64,000 bases of DNA, taken from positions 150,699 to 214,698 of the forward strand of contig DATKZF010000003.1 in NCBI GenBank assembly GCA_035528115.1. The letters are read 5' to 3'. Position 1 is the stretch's first letter. Every line of letters begins with the position of its first letter. Position numbers and translations under genes: made by a program. Shown here one piece after another: positions 27,456-35,469 of the stretch. The notes under the pieces were generated by a model. It ran no database searches and was not told the DNA's origin. It worked only from the letters and a program-made list of their open reading frames with translations. This DNA comes from Candidatus Bipolaricaulota bacterium. Its GTDB lineage: Bacteria > Patescibacteriota > Patescibacteriia > UBA11705 > DATKZF01.

Positions 27456-27866
27456 TCATTTTTTAAACGTCCATTGCCTGTTGATGGAAAAATTCCACAT
27501 GATCACCAGGCCGGTGGCAAAGACCTTGGCCCAATTGTACCACAGCCCGGCGCCTTCGATCAAAACGAACATGACTCCCAAATTGATAAAAAGTCCGACC
27601 ATGCTGACCGAAAAATATTTAAAACACTGATTGATGAATTTGGCGCGGCAGCCGTTTTTGGAAAACGTCCAATACTTATTCAGCAAAAAATTGTGGGTCA
27701 TGGCCGCGAAAAAAGAAACGGTCGCGGCCAAATATACGGCCAAACCCAAAATTTCCACACCCAAATTTAAAATGCCAAAATCAATGGCCGTGCCGATAGA
27801 GCCGACCAGCGCGAATTTGGAAAACTGCCGCGCGGCCGGGTATTTTAAAAAAAAGGAATTCAGCAT
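27456..27866 (-). CDS. GtrA-family membrane protein
   Basis: 136 aa, four TM segments. FALVGSIGTAIDFGILNL...NFLLNKYWTF matches the GtrA signature. Confidence 0.7.
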   Translation of the reverse strand: MLNSFFLKYPAARQFSKFALVGSIGTAIDFGILNLGVEILGLAVYLAATVSFFAAMTHNFLLNKYWTFSKNGCRAKFINQCFKYFSVSMVGLFINLGVMFVLIEGAGLWYNWAKVFATGLVIMWNFSINRQWTFKK

Positions 27867-27883
27867 AAATCAAACGGACAAAA

Positions 27884-29875
27884 TCATAGAGGCCAAGCGC
27901 TGACATTCAAACCGCCTGACATGCTTTTGTCATAGATAAATTTTTCACCCAGGACTTTACCCAAGATATCAAAAACTCTCAGGTGAGGCCCGCCACCGGG
28001 TCCGGGCACCACGGCAATATCCAAATTGCCCGTTTTATCAAAATCAAATACCGCTGTTTTGGCGCCGCCCGTAAAACTGTCGCCATAAGCGGAAAAAGTT
28101 ACCGTCGGTCCGTTATTGCCGTCGAAAACTTTTATTTCCACTATGCCATTTTTGGGACTGGTGATTATCTCATTCAAACCGTCCGCGTTCAAATCGGCGA
28201 CCGTGACATAAACGCCGCTAAAATTTATATCGTAAGCGATAAATGATCGAATTATTTTGCCGTCCGAATCAAACACTTTCACTTCATTTGATCCCAAAGA
28301 ACCGATCACCAGCTCGTCAATGCCGTCGCCGTTCACATCGCCGGCTGACACGCTGCAACCGGATTGATCATCAAACGGAAAAAAGGATTTTATTTTTTGC
28401 GCGGTTTCGTCAATGAACAAAAGCTCGGTATTTCTGCCCGCGCCGCTGCAGGCCAAAAGAATGTTTTTTCCGTCAATGACCGCTTTACCCAAATTAACTC
28501 CACCCAAAAAATTCTGCTCAAACATGTACTTGCCTGCCAAAAGCCGTTGATTCAAAGAAAGGATGCGAAGCAAAGCCGGACTGCCCGCCTCGGGCGCGGC
28601 CGCGTATTCGAGATTGCCATCGCCATTGATATCGAGCATTATGGCTTGCGCTCCGGCCGCGAACTCGGTGTCGAACAAAGTGACTTTGGTGTCGATTTCC
28701 AAATTGTCATTGATAATATTCAAAACCGCGTCTTTTCCTCCTTGCGGACTGATCAAAAGCCGCGGCCCGTTTCTTTGAGAATTTTTCCCGTATTGAAGCA
28801 GGACTTGCCTCAAAGCGTTATGCGCGTCAATGACGCCGGCGCCCATGTCATCCGTTTCCATCCCCGGCAATATCTTTAGTTCCTGCGCTCCTTTTTCCAA
28901 CACTTTGACCACATCTTCCACTGTCAAACTTCTGTTGATCGATCTCATCAAAGCGACTGTGCCGCTGACCACGGCCGTGGAAAAAGATGTTCCGGAAGAA
29001 TCGTCGCCCCAATATTCATCTTCGGTTCTCGCCAATTGATGAATTTTCGTGCTGAACATTTCTTCGCCGGGCGCGCTGACGTCAAGACAAGAATGTCCGT
29101 AATTGCTGAAAATGGAAGCCACATTGCTGATATCGGAAGAACCAACGCCGATCACCAACATCTCTCCCTCGCTGTCATAGCATATCGGATATACCGGATC
29201 TTCATCCAAATCATATCCCTCGCCGTACCAGCCATTACCCGCGGCGGCCACCACGATGACGTTCTTGGCTTTGGCTCTCTCGATCGCTCTGGCGGCGGCC
29301 AATGAATCATCGTATCCGGACAAACTCAAATTAATGATATCCGCGCCGTTATCCACGGCGTAATCGATGGCGTCCGCCACAATACTGGTATCTCCGAAAC
29401 CGAATTCATCGAGCACTTTTATCGGCATGATTTTCACGTTGCTGGCAATGCCGGTAATGCCGCGGCCGTTCTCAACGCCGGCAATGATGCCCGCGATGAA
29501 CGTTCCGTGATGAAGCATTAATTCATCATACCCATAATTCGTATCCGGCCGCACGTCCGGCTGATCATACATAAAATCCCAACCGTTCACGTCGTCAATG
29601 AAGCCGTTGTGATCATTGTCAATATTATCCCCTCCGATTTCGTCCGTATTAACCCAAATATTTCTGGCCAAATCCGGATGAGAAGTATCAACGCCCGTAT
29701 CCAACACGGCCACCACCACCTCGCGACTGCCTTTGGTGATATCCCAGGCCGAGAAAGCATTTATCTTTTCCAAATACCACTGCTTGGCGACCAAAGGATC
29801 ATAAACCGCCAAATATGCCGTAATCGGAGCGGCCGCCAGCAGACAAATAGTAAAAAATAACAGAAATTTTTTCAT
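27884..29875 (-). CDS. Secreted S8 subtilisin-like serine protease with C-terminal FG-GAP/VCBS-like repeats
   Basis: 663 aa. Signal peptide. Asp/His/Ser catalytic motifs (VAVLDTGVD, HGTFIAGII, GTSFSTAVVSGT). C-terminal repeats D.NGDG..E(Y/L) occur four times. Confidence 0.85.
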   Translation of the reverse strand: MKKFLLFFTICLLAAAPITAYLAVYDPLVAKQWYLEKINAFSAWDITKGSREVVVAVLDTGVDTSHPDLARNIWVNTDEIGGDNIDNDHNGFIDDVNGWDFMYDQPDVRPDTNYGYDELMLHHGTFIAGIIAGVENGRGITGIASNVKIMPIKVLDEFGFGDTSIVADAIDYAVDNGADIINLSLSGYDDSLAAARAIERAKAKNVIVVAAAGNGWYGEGYDLDEDPVYPICYDSEGEMLVIGVGSSDISNVASIFSNYGHSCLDVSAPGEEMFSTKIHQLARTEDEYWGDDSSGTSFSTAVVSGTVALMRSINRSLTVEDVVKVLEKGAQELKILPGMETDDMGAGVIDAHNALRQVLLQYGKNSQRNGPRLLISPQGGKDAVLNIINDNLEIDTKVTLFDTEFAAGAQAIMLDINGDGNLEYAAAPEAGSPALLRILSLNQRLLAGKYMFEQNFLGGVNLGKAVIDGKNILLACSGAGRNTELLFIDETAQKIKSFFPFDDQSGCSVSAGDVNGDGIDELVIGSLGSNEVKVFDSDGKIIRSFIAYDINFSGVYVTVADLNADGLNEIITSPKNGIVEIKVFDGNNGPTVTFSAYGDSFTGGAKTAVFDFDKTGNLDIAVVPGPGGGPHLRVFDILGKVLGEKFIYDKSMSGGLNVSAWPL

Positions 29876-29998
29876 AATTTTTGTTTTTGCGACTAATTAA
29901 ATTGCTGTTTTAATTATACAATAATCAACCGAATTGCCAAAACGCAAAGTGAACAACTTCTTTAATTTAAGCTCAAAAAGCTGAAAAAATAACAAAGC

Positions 29999-30026
29999 TT
30001 GACAAACCTATCAAATAATGTACAAT
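29999..30026 (+). promoter_or_regulatory. Near-consensus sigma70 promoter of the GC-rich gene at 30063
   Basis: TTGACA (29999-30004), 16 nt, TACAAT (30021-30026). An SD (AAAGGAG) follows at 30049-30055. Confidence 0.55.
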
Positions 30027-30062
30027 ATGACGAAACTCTGAAAATCGGAAAGGAGTCTGAAC

Positions 30063-30944
30063 ATGGGATCGGTGATTAGTCTGGCTGAGTTTCGCGCCAG
30101 GAAGGAACCTCAACAACCCGAACGCGAGTTCGGAATCGACGGCCCGATCACGCAAGAAATGCCCGTGATCAGCGAGGCGGATCACTCGCATCGTCAAGCA
30201 ACGGCCGCGGCCTTTGCGCAAGAACTGCCGGCAGTGCGCCTGACGCCCACGCTGGAAGGCGACGGTCAGGTGGTGATCCAGCCGAAACCGGGACATTCCC
30301 GAATGACGGAAACAGTGACGGCCGCGACCTCAACGCCGACGTTCGAGCTCATCGACCGCCAAAGCGGCGAGGCGGAAAGAATCGCAGCGCGACGACAACA
30401 AACTCGCGCCGAGCTGGTGGAAGTCACCTCCAAGGTTCGGCCGATCAAACCGAGAGATGACGGGGAAGTTGCGACAACACCGCCGTTTCAAAGCTACAAC
30501 CCCCACATGTGGGAGTTGCTGGAACACTGGGCCATGGAACCGGTGTTTCCGGTGGTGGACGTGACACGGATCGTGGAATCCGTGGCTCCGTATTACCTCA
30601 AGATTACGATGAGCGCCGAGCGGATGCTTCTTCTTGGCAAAACGCTCGAGGACGAGAAGGCTACGGAGCGCCTGCTGGCGAAAGAACGCGCTTTCTGGCA
30701 GGCTCTTTCGCCGAAGCAAGAACAGCCGTGGAAAGACCTCTACATCAAGGGCTTTCACCCCCTGTGCGCTTCGGAAGCGGACTACTCCAAAAACGTCGTC
30801 TTCGGCGTTTTGGTCCTGCTGTCCGTGTTTCGGCAAAACTACCCTCCGCCGCTCAAGCGACGGATCGCGGCCGGACTGAAGCGCTGGTGGCAACGCCGCG
30901 TCATTCGCTGGCGTGGCTACTGGCAAAAGCGACGACATATTTAA
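30063..30944 (+). CDS. Hypothetical protein with an Arg/Trp-rich basic C-terminal tail, in a GC-rich (about 60%) islet
   Basis: 293 aa, with its own promoter, SD and terminator. The C-terminus RRIAAGLKRWWQRRVIRWRGYWQKRRHI is strongly basic and aromatic. Long antisense and alternative-frame ORFs (30330..30953-, 30509..31027+) are expected artefacts of high GC. Confidence 0.5.
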   Translation: MGSVISLAEFRARKEPQQPEREFGIDGPITQEMPVISEADHSHRQATAAAFAQELPAVRLTPTLEGDGQVVIQPKPGHSRMTETVTAATSTPTFELIDRQSGEAERIAARRQQTRAELVEVTSKVRPIKPRDDGEVATTPPFQSYNPHMWELLEHWAMEPVFPVVDVTRIVESVAPYYLKITMSAERMLLLGKTLEDEKATERLLAKERAFWQALSPKQEQPWKDLYIKGFHPLCASEADYSKNVVFGVLVLLSVFRQNYPPPLKRRIAAGLKRWWQRRVIRWRGYWQKRRHI

Positions 30945-30946
30945 AA

Positions 30947-30980
30947 GCATCAAGCGACACCAACGCTCGATGCTTTTTCA
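30947..30980 (+). terminator. Intrinsic terminator
   Basis: GCATCAAGCG-acaccaa-CGCTCGATGC followed by TTTTTC. Confidence 0.55.
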
Positions 30981-31001
30981 ATTTAAAATCTAATTTGGAA
31001 A

Positions 31002-31331
31002 TTACATGTCAGGGCCTTTATCTCTAAAACCAAAGCCGCTTTTGAAGGTGCTCCATAAACCTTGTTTGAATGACTCGACTTTTTCCCGATCTTCAGGAGG
31101 CAAATCTTCCAAATGAGTCTGGGAAGAATAGCCAAAACCTTTAACAAACGTTTCCCATAACGCTTCTTGCGACTTTTCGAGCGCTACCTTGATTTCAGGA
31201 TCGGAAGCCGCTTCCCCGGCCAAACGCGCTTGCATGGCCTCAAATTTTTTTAATTCTTCTTGTCCTTTTTGAAGCTCCTTATTGAGATCAATTTTCTCCT
31301 CCGGCATGGGAGTCGCTGTTTCAAATGACAT
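31002..31331 (-). CDS. Small hypothetical acidic protein with an internal repeat
   Basis: 109 aa. An internal duplication (ALWETFVKGFGYSS / GLWSTFKSGFGFRD) is visible. Confidence 0.4.
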   Translation of the reverse strand: MSFETATPMPEEKIDLNKELQKGQEELKKFEAMQARLAGEAASDPEIKVALEKSQEALWETFVKGFGYSSQTHLEDLPPEDREKVESFKQGLWSTFKSGFGFRDKGPDM

Positions 31332-31391
31332 AAATTTTTTATTTATGAATTAAGTACAAATATCTTATCAAACATAAAATCTAAAAACAAA

Positions 31392-33134
31392 TCACTTTTT
31401 CACAGCAACCTCTTTTTTGACTCGCTCGATAAAATCTTCCATGGCCATTTCAAACGTCTTTTTCTCCCCTCTTTGCCTGATATTCAATTTGCCGCTTTCA
31501 AGCTCTTTATCTCCAAAAACCAACATATACTGAACTTTTTCCATTTCAGCCTTTCTGATTTTATTGCCCACGGTCTCGTCGGTCGTATCCACGGCCGCGC
31601 GAATGCCTTCAGCGGAAAACTGCGAGGCCAACTCTTTTACTTTATCAAAATGCTTTTCGCTCACGGCAATCACTTTGACTTGAACCGGAGCCAGCCAGAG
31701 CGGGAACGCGCCCGCGTAATGCTCGATTAAAATTCCGATGAAACGCTCGAGCGAGCCGTAAGCCGTGCGATGAATCATAACTGGTTGTCTTTTTTGCCCA
31801 TCATCTTCGATGTAGGAAATATCAAACAATTCCGGCATGGAAAAATCCAGCTGAATGGTGCCGCACTGCCAATTTCTCCCCAGCGAATCGGTCAAATGAT
31901 AATCGATTTTGGGACCGTAAAAAGCGCCGTCGCCTTCGTTTAACGTGTAATCCATTTTCGTTTCCTCCAGCACTTCTTTGATCAATCGCTGGCTGTTTTC
32001 CCACATTTCGTCAGTGCCCGTAGATTTTTCCGGCCGGGTGGAGAACTCCACGCGATATTTGAAGCCAAAAGTCTTGTAAACTTCATCGATCAAACTCATC
32101 ACACCTTTGATTTCATCTTTCACTTGATTTGGCCGGCAATAAATATGCGCGTCATCTTGATGAAACGCTCTGACGCGAAAAAGTCCGTTTAAAACTCCGG
32201 ACAATTCATGGCGATGAACCAGCCCGACTTCGGCATAGCGAAGCGGCAATTCGCGATATGAATGCATGTTCGAATTAAAAACTAAAATTCCGCCCGGACA
32301 ATTCATGGGCTTGATGGCGTATTTTTCCCCGTCGATTTCCGTAAAATACATGTTTTCTTTGTAATGATCCCAATGGCCGGACTGATGCCAGAGTTTTTCT
32401 TTCAAAATTATCGGCGTTTTTATTTCCTCATAACCCCATTTTCGGTGAAGCTCATACCAGTAATCGAGCAAATTATGCCATAAAATCATGCCCTTTGGAT
32501 GCCAAAAAGCGAAACCCGGACCTTCTTCGTGAAAGCTGATCAAATCAAGCTCTCTGCCCAATTTTTTATGATCGCGCTTTTCCGCTTCTTCTCTCATCTT
32601 CAAATATTCATCAAGCTGTTTTTGCTTCTCAAAAGCCAGCCCGTAAATTCTTTGCAGCATTTTGTTTTTCTCCGAGCCGCGCCAATAAGCGCCCGCCACT
32701 TTGTCCAGCTTGAACGCGCCGGATTTACCAGTTGATTTGAGATGCGGGCCGGAACACATATCAACATATTTTACATTGCCGTCTCGATCGACGTTTTGGT
32801 AAAAACTCAATTTGGTCTCGCCATTTTCTTTCAATTCCTTGGCCAGTTCCAATTTGTAAATATCTCCGGCTTGCTCGAATTCTTTAATCGCCTCGTCAAT
32901 GTCTTTTTCCGATCGCTCGAATTTCTGATCTTCCTTAATGATTTCGTTCATCTTCTCTTCGATTTTCGGCAAATCTTCCGGCGTGAATGAATGTTTCGCG
33001 TCTAAATCATAATAAAAACCGTTGTCAATCGACGGACCGATGGCCAATTTCGTTCCCGGATATAACGCCAGCACGGCCTGGGCCATGATATGAGACATAG
33101 AGTGACGCATGGCTTCCGATTTTGAATCGTTCAT
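31392..33134 (-). CDS. thrS: Threonyl-tRNA synthetase (N-terminally short form, no TGS domain)
   Basis: 580 aa. Starts in the editing-domain region (HSMSHIMAQAV...GPSIDNGFYYD), followed by the class II catalytic core and anticodon-binding domain. Confidence 0.9.
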   Translation of the reverse strand: MNDSKSEAMRHSMSHIMAQAVLALYPGTKLAIGPSIDNGFYYDLDAKHSFTPEDLPKIEEKMNEIIKEDQKFERSEKDIDEAIKEFEQAGDIYKLELAKELKENGETKLSFYQNVDRDGNVKYVDMCSGPHLKSTGKSGAFKLDKVAGAYWRGSEKNKMLQRIYGLAFEKQKQLDEYLKMREEAEKRDHKKLGRELDLISFHEEGPGFAFWHPKGMILWHNLLDYWYELHRKWGYEEIKTPIILKEKLWHQSGHWDHYKENMYFTEIDGEKYAIKPMNCPGGILVFNSNMHSYRELPLRYAEVGLVHRHELSGVLNGLFRVRAFHQDDAHIYCRPNQVKDEIKGVMSLIDEVYKTFGFKYRVEFSTRPEKSTGTDEMWENSQRLIKEVLEETKMDYTLNEGDGAFYGPKIDYHLTDSLGRNWQCGTIQLDFSMPELFDISYIEDDGQKRQPVMIHRTAYGSLERFIGILIEHYAGAFPLWLAPVQVKVIAVSEKHFDKVKELASQFSAEGIRAAVDTTDETVGNKIRKAEMEKVQYMLVFGDKELESGKLNIRQRGEKKTFEMAMEDFIERVKKEVAVKK

Positions 33135-33213
33135 ATTGGATTAAAGTTGAAAGTTGCCGGATTAAAGTATTTAACTTTAATTTTTCAACCTACAACTTAT
33201 TATTTTATTTAAA

Positions 33214-33412
33214 CAAAAAACCCAAGTCAAAAATGCTTGGGACCCCGAGCGAGTGAACTCGCAGAGAGCGAGTCGAGGGGCGGTTCCACCCAATTTTCGT
33301 CCATTGCGGACGACTCTTCATTTCGCCGCCGACCGCTTAGTCAAAGTCTTTCGAATCTTCGATTCCCCGAAAGGAAGGCCTATTGGTAATCGGCCCAATC
33401 GCTTTTGGCGAG
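33214..33412 (-). ncRNA. Putative T-box leader (tRNA-Thr-responsive) upstream of thrS
   Basis: Read on the minus strand, this about 200-nt GC-rich region contains AAUUGGGUGGAACCGC (33280-33295 on the plus strand), which matches the conserved T-box sequence AAUUAGGGUGGNACCGCG. It ends in a terminator CCCAAG-cauuuuuga-CUUGGG-U6 (33214-33241). An ACC (Thr) codon lies in a candidate specifier context GAUUACCAAU. thrS starts about 80 nt downstream. Confidence 0.55.
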
Positions 33413-33419
33413 CATTGAT

Positions 33420-33448
33420 ATTGTATATAATCACGAAAAAAGATGCAA
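33420..33448 (-). promoter_or_regulatory. Putative promoter of the T-box leader/thrS
   Basis: On the minus strand: TTGCAT, 17 nt, TACAAT, immediately 5' of the leader. Confidence 0.4.
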
Positions 33449-33459
33449 GTCTCCGCGGC

Positions 33460-34584
33460 TTATTCAACAATTTCAATTATAACATGATCCTCGAAACTCG
33501 GAATATGCCTCACCCAAAAAGGAGACAAGGCAACCTCCGCGGAAGCGATCTCCGGCAGAGCGTTCAAATACAATTCCGCTCCTTTTTCCGTTAAACCCAT
33601 CAAAGTCTCTTTATCCAAAATCTGACTTTTTTCATCCAATTTATATCTGCCCTCTGCGTGAATCATGACGGTCACCGTTTCATTTTCAAGATCAAAAGAT
33701 TCAATCGTATAGTCAAAATTATCCAAATCAACTCCGCTTAATGAGAAACCCTCGGCCGCTTGACCCAAAAGCTGTTCTCCGGCGATCGGATAAAGCCCTT
33801 GGCGATCGAACATCACCACCGTTACTTTAACTTTTGTTTTGACCGTGAATTTATCGGTTATATCATCGACCTTGGCGCCGACTTCCTCTTCCAAAATTTC
33901 CTTGTCAACCACTAAAATCGCGCCGTCTTTGCCATCAACGAAATCGGCTGAAACCTGATCCTCTATTTCTTTAAGCAATTCTTCCTTGGCTCGATCAATG
34001 TCTTTTTGCTGAACGAAACCCACTTCCTGAGCCGAATTAAGAAAAGTCGTGGAACTTTCCCCATAAATTTGATCCTGCAATCCTTCCCAAAGGCCGGGAA
34101 TGGTGAATTTGGTCGGCTTTATTTCTTTAAATGAATTCGGATCGTCCGCATACACCTTGGCATTGACGCTGCCGCCGGCCGGCACGGTCACGCTGTTTTT
34201 TAATCTGAGCAAAATGCCGTCGGATGTTTTCAATCGAGTGGTGGCCACGAGCGGCTGGTCTTTGGAATATTCATTGATTAATTTAATACTGCCGATAATG
34301 TCGTTTTCCACTTTTCTCTTGCCGGTGGGGCTGAATTCTTTTTCTTTTTCAATAATCACGTCATTTAATTTTCCTTCTATCGACAAGGCTGACTGGCTGT
34401 CCGCTCCGGCCATGATATTGACCGGAAAATCGACTTTCATGGTTTGTTTTTCAGGCGTGATTTTAATCACCGCTTTATTGAAAACAATTAAAACGACAAA
34501 TAATATTAAAATGGCGCAAGCGATCAAAAAAACGAAAATCAATTTGCGATAGATGTGAGATAAACGCACTTTATACAAAACCAT
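33460..34584 (-). CDS. Hypothetical membrane-anchored extracellular protein
   Basis: 374 aa with an N-terminal TM (LIFVFLIACAILILFVVLIVF) and a large beta-rich ectodomain. No family recognised. Confidence 0.45.
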   Translation of the reverse strand: MVLYKVRLSHIYRKLIFVFLIACAILILFVVLIVFNKAVIKITPEKQTMKVDFPVNIMAGADSQSALSIEGKLNDVIIEKEKEFSPTGKRKVENDIIGSIKLINEYSKDQPLVATTRLKTSDGILLRLKNSVTVPAGGSVNAKVYADDPNSFKEIKPTKFTIPGLWEGLQDQIYGESSTTFLNSAQEVGFVQQKDIDRAKEELLKEIEDQVSADFVDGKDGAILVVDKEILEEEVGAKVDDITDKFTVKTKVKVTVVMFDRQGLYPIAGEQLLGQAAEGFSLSGVDLDNFDYTIESFDLENETVTVMIHAEGRYKLDEKSQILDKETLMGLTEKGAELYLNALPEIASAEVALSPFWVRHIPSFEDHVIIEIVE

Positions 34585-34764
34585 AAAATATCCATTTAAA
34601 TTTTGGCCTGTTTTAATTATAACACAAATTTTAATAATGCGCTGTGGATAGGCGCGTCCGCGCTGTTTTTAAAATATAAAAGCCGCCCTTTCAAATCATT
34701 TCGAAAAAAGCGGCTTTTACGTAGACGAATAATCGTCCGAGTTCACGGAAATTTGAGACATATA

Positions 34765-35067
34765 TCAGTTCTCAATAGCGGCGGCTTTTTTTTCTTCAAG
34801 CCTCGACCGCCTTTTATTGTCCATCATCTTAAAAACAAACGTGCTGATCATGGTGCCGATGGCGCAACCGATGGCATAAGCCAAGACAATCTGCCAATTT
34901 TTGATGTCCGACATTACCTGTTGCAAAACATAGTACCAGATGAACACATTGATGACGGTAACTATTCCGCTGACTAACACTTTGGCTTCGGTGACTGTTT
35001 TCGTCCAGGCTGAAATAATCAGCATTTCCACCAAGCCAATAAAAAATAGTGTCATAAGCGTAGCCAA
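34765..35067 (-). CDS. Small membrane protein
   Basis: 100 aa, three predicted TM helices, basic C-terminus. Confidence 0.4.
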   Translation of the reverse strand: MATLMTLFFIGLVEMLIISAWTKTVTEAKVLVSGIVTVINVFIWYYVLQQVMSDIKNWQIVLAYAIGCAIGTMISTFVFKMMDNKRRSRLEEKKAAAIEN

Positions 35068-35239
35068 CTTAATTGTAAAATGAGCAAAAGCGACCTTTGA
35101 TTCTTTTTAAAGTTTTTCAGAGCCTTGCTCGAAACTCTGAAATTGCTTGGAAAAGAAGCAAAAAACGCCGTTAAGCGTTTTGCCACAATATTGTACAAAA
35201 ATTTCCAAAAATTGTCAAGCTTAAAAAATACGTTTTTTT

Positions 35240-35280
35240 GCAAAAAAACGGCAGCGACTCTGAGAGCGCTGCCAAAAGAG
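35240..35280 (-). terminator. Intrinsic terminator about 190 nt downstream of dnaE
   Basis: On the minus strand: GGCAGCG-ctctcagagt-CGCTGCC followed by T7. A 20-bp perfect palindrome CGTTTTTTTGCAAAAAAACG is adjacent. Confidence 0.45.
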
Positions 35281-35469
35281 GACGTTGAGGATGACGGCGG
35301 ATATTAGAATCCGCCGTTCGCGAGGTCGAACCCATCCTTTTTCAAACGGTCTTTCATGAAAAAGCTACGATTCTTCATTGGATTTACGCCATGTTTTATT
35401 TAATTTTAGACAAAAAAATACGAGCATTAACCCGTAAAAACACACCTAAATCCGCCGATTTATCAAACT

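Noticed and set aside
30330-30953. 207-aa antisense ORF and the 172-aa alternative-frame ORF (30509..31027) inside the GC-rich cassette
   Set aside because: High GC gives long open frames on several strands. Only the plus-strand 30063..30944 frame has a promoter, SD and terminator. The antisense product is Arg/Leu-rich low complexity.
33253-33594. 113-aa plus-strand ORF in the thrS upstream region
   Set aside because: It lies across the T-box-like leader and its terminator. There is no SD or promoter in that orientation, and it overlaps the 3' end of the 33460..34584 gene.
35283-35345. tRNA-like or tmRNA fragment (GGTCGAACCC resembles a T-loop)
   Set aside because: There is no D-arm or anticodon arm, the T-loop consensus (GTTCGAATC) is missing a base, and no acceptor stem partner or CCA context exists. 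It is better explained as terminator-associated hairpins.
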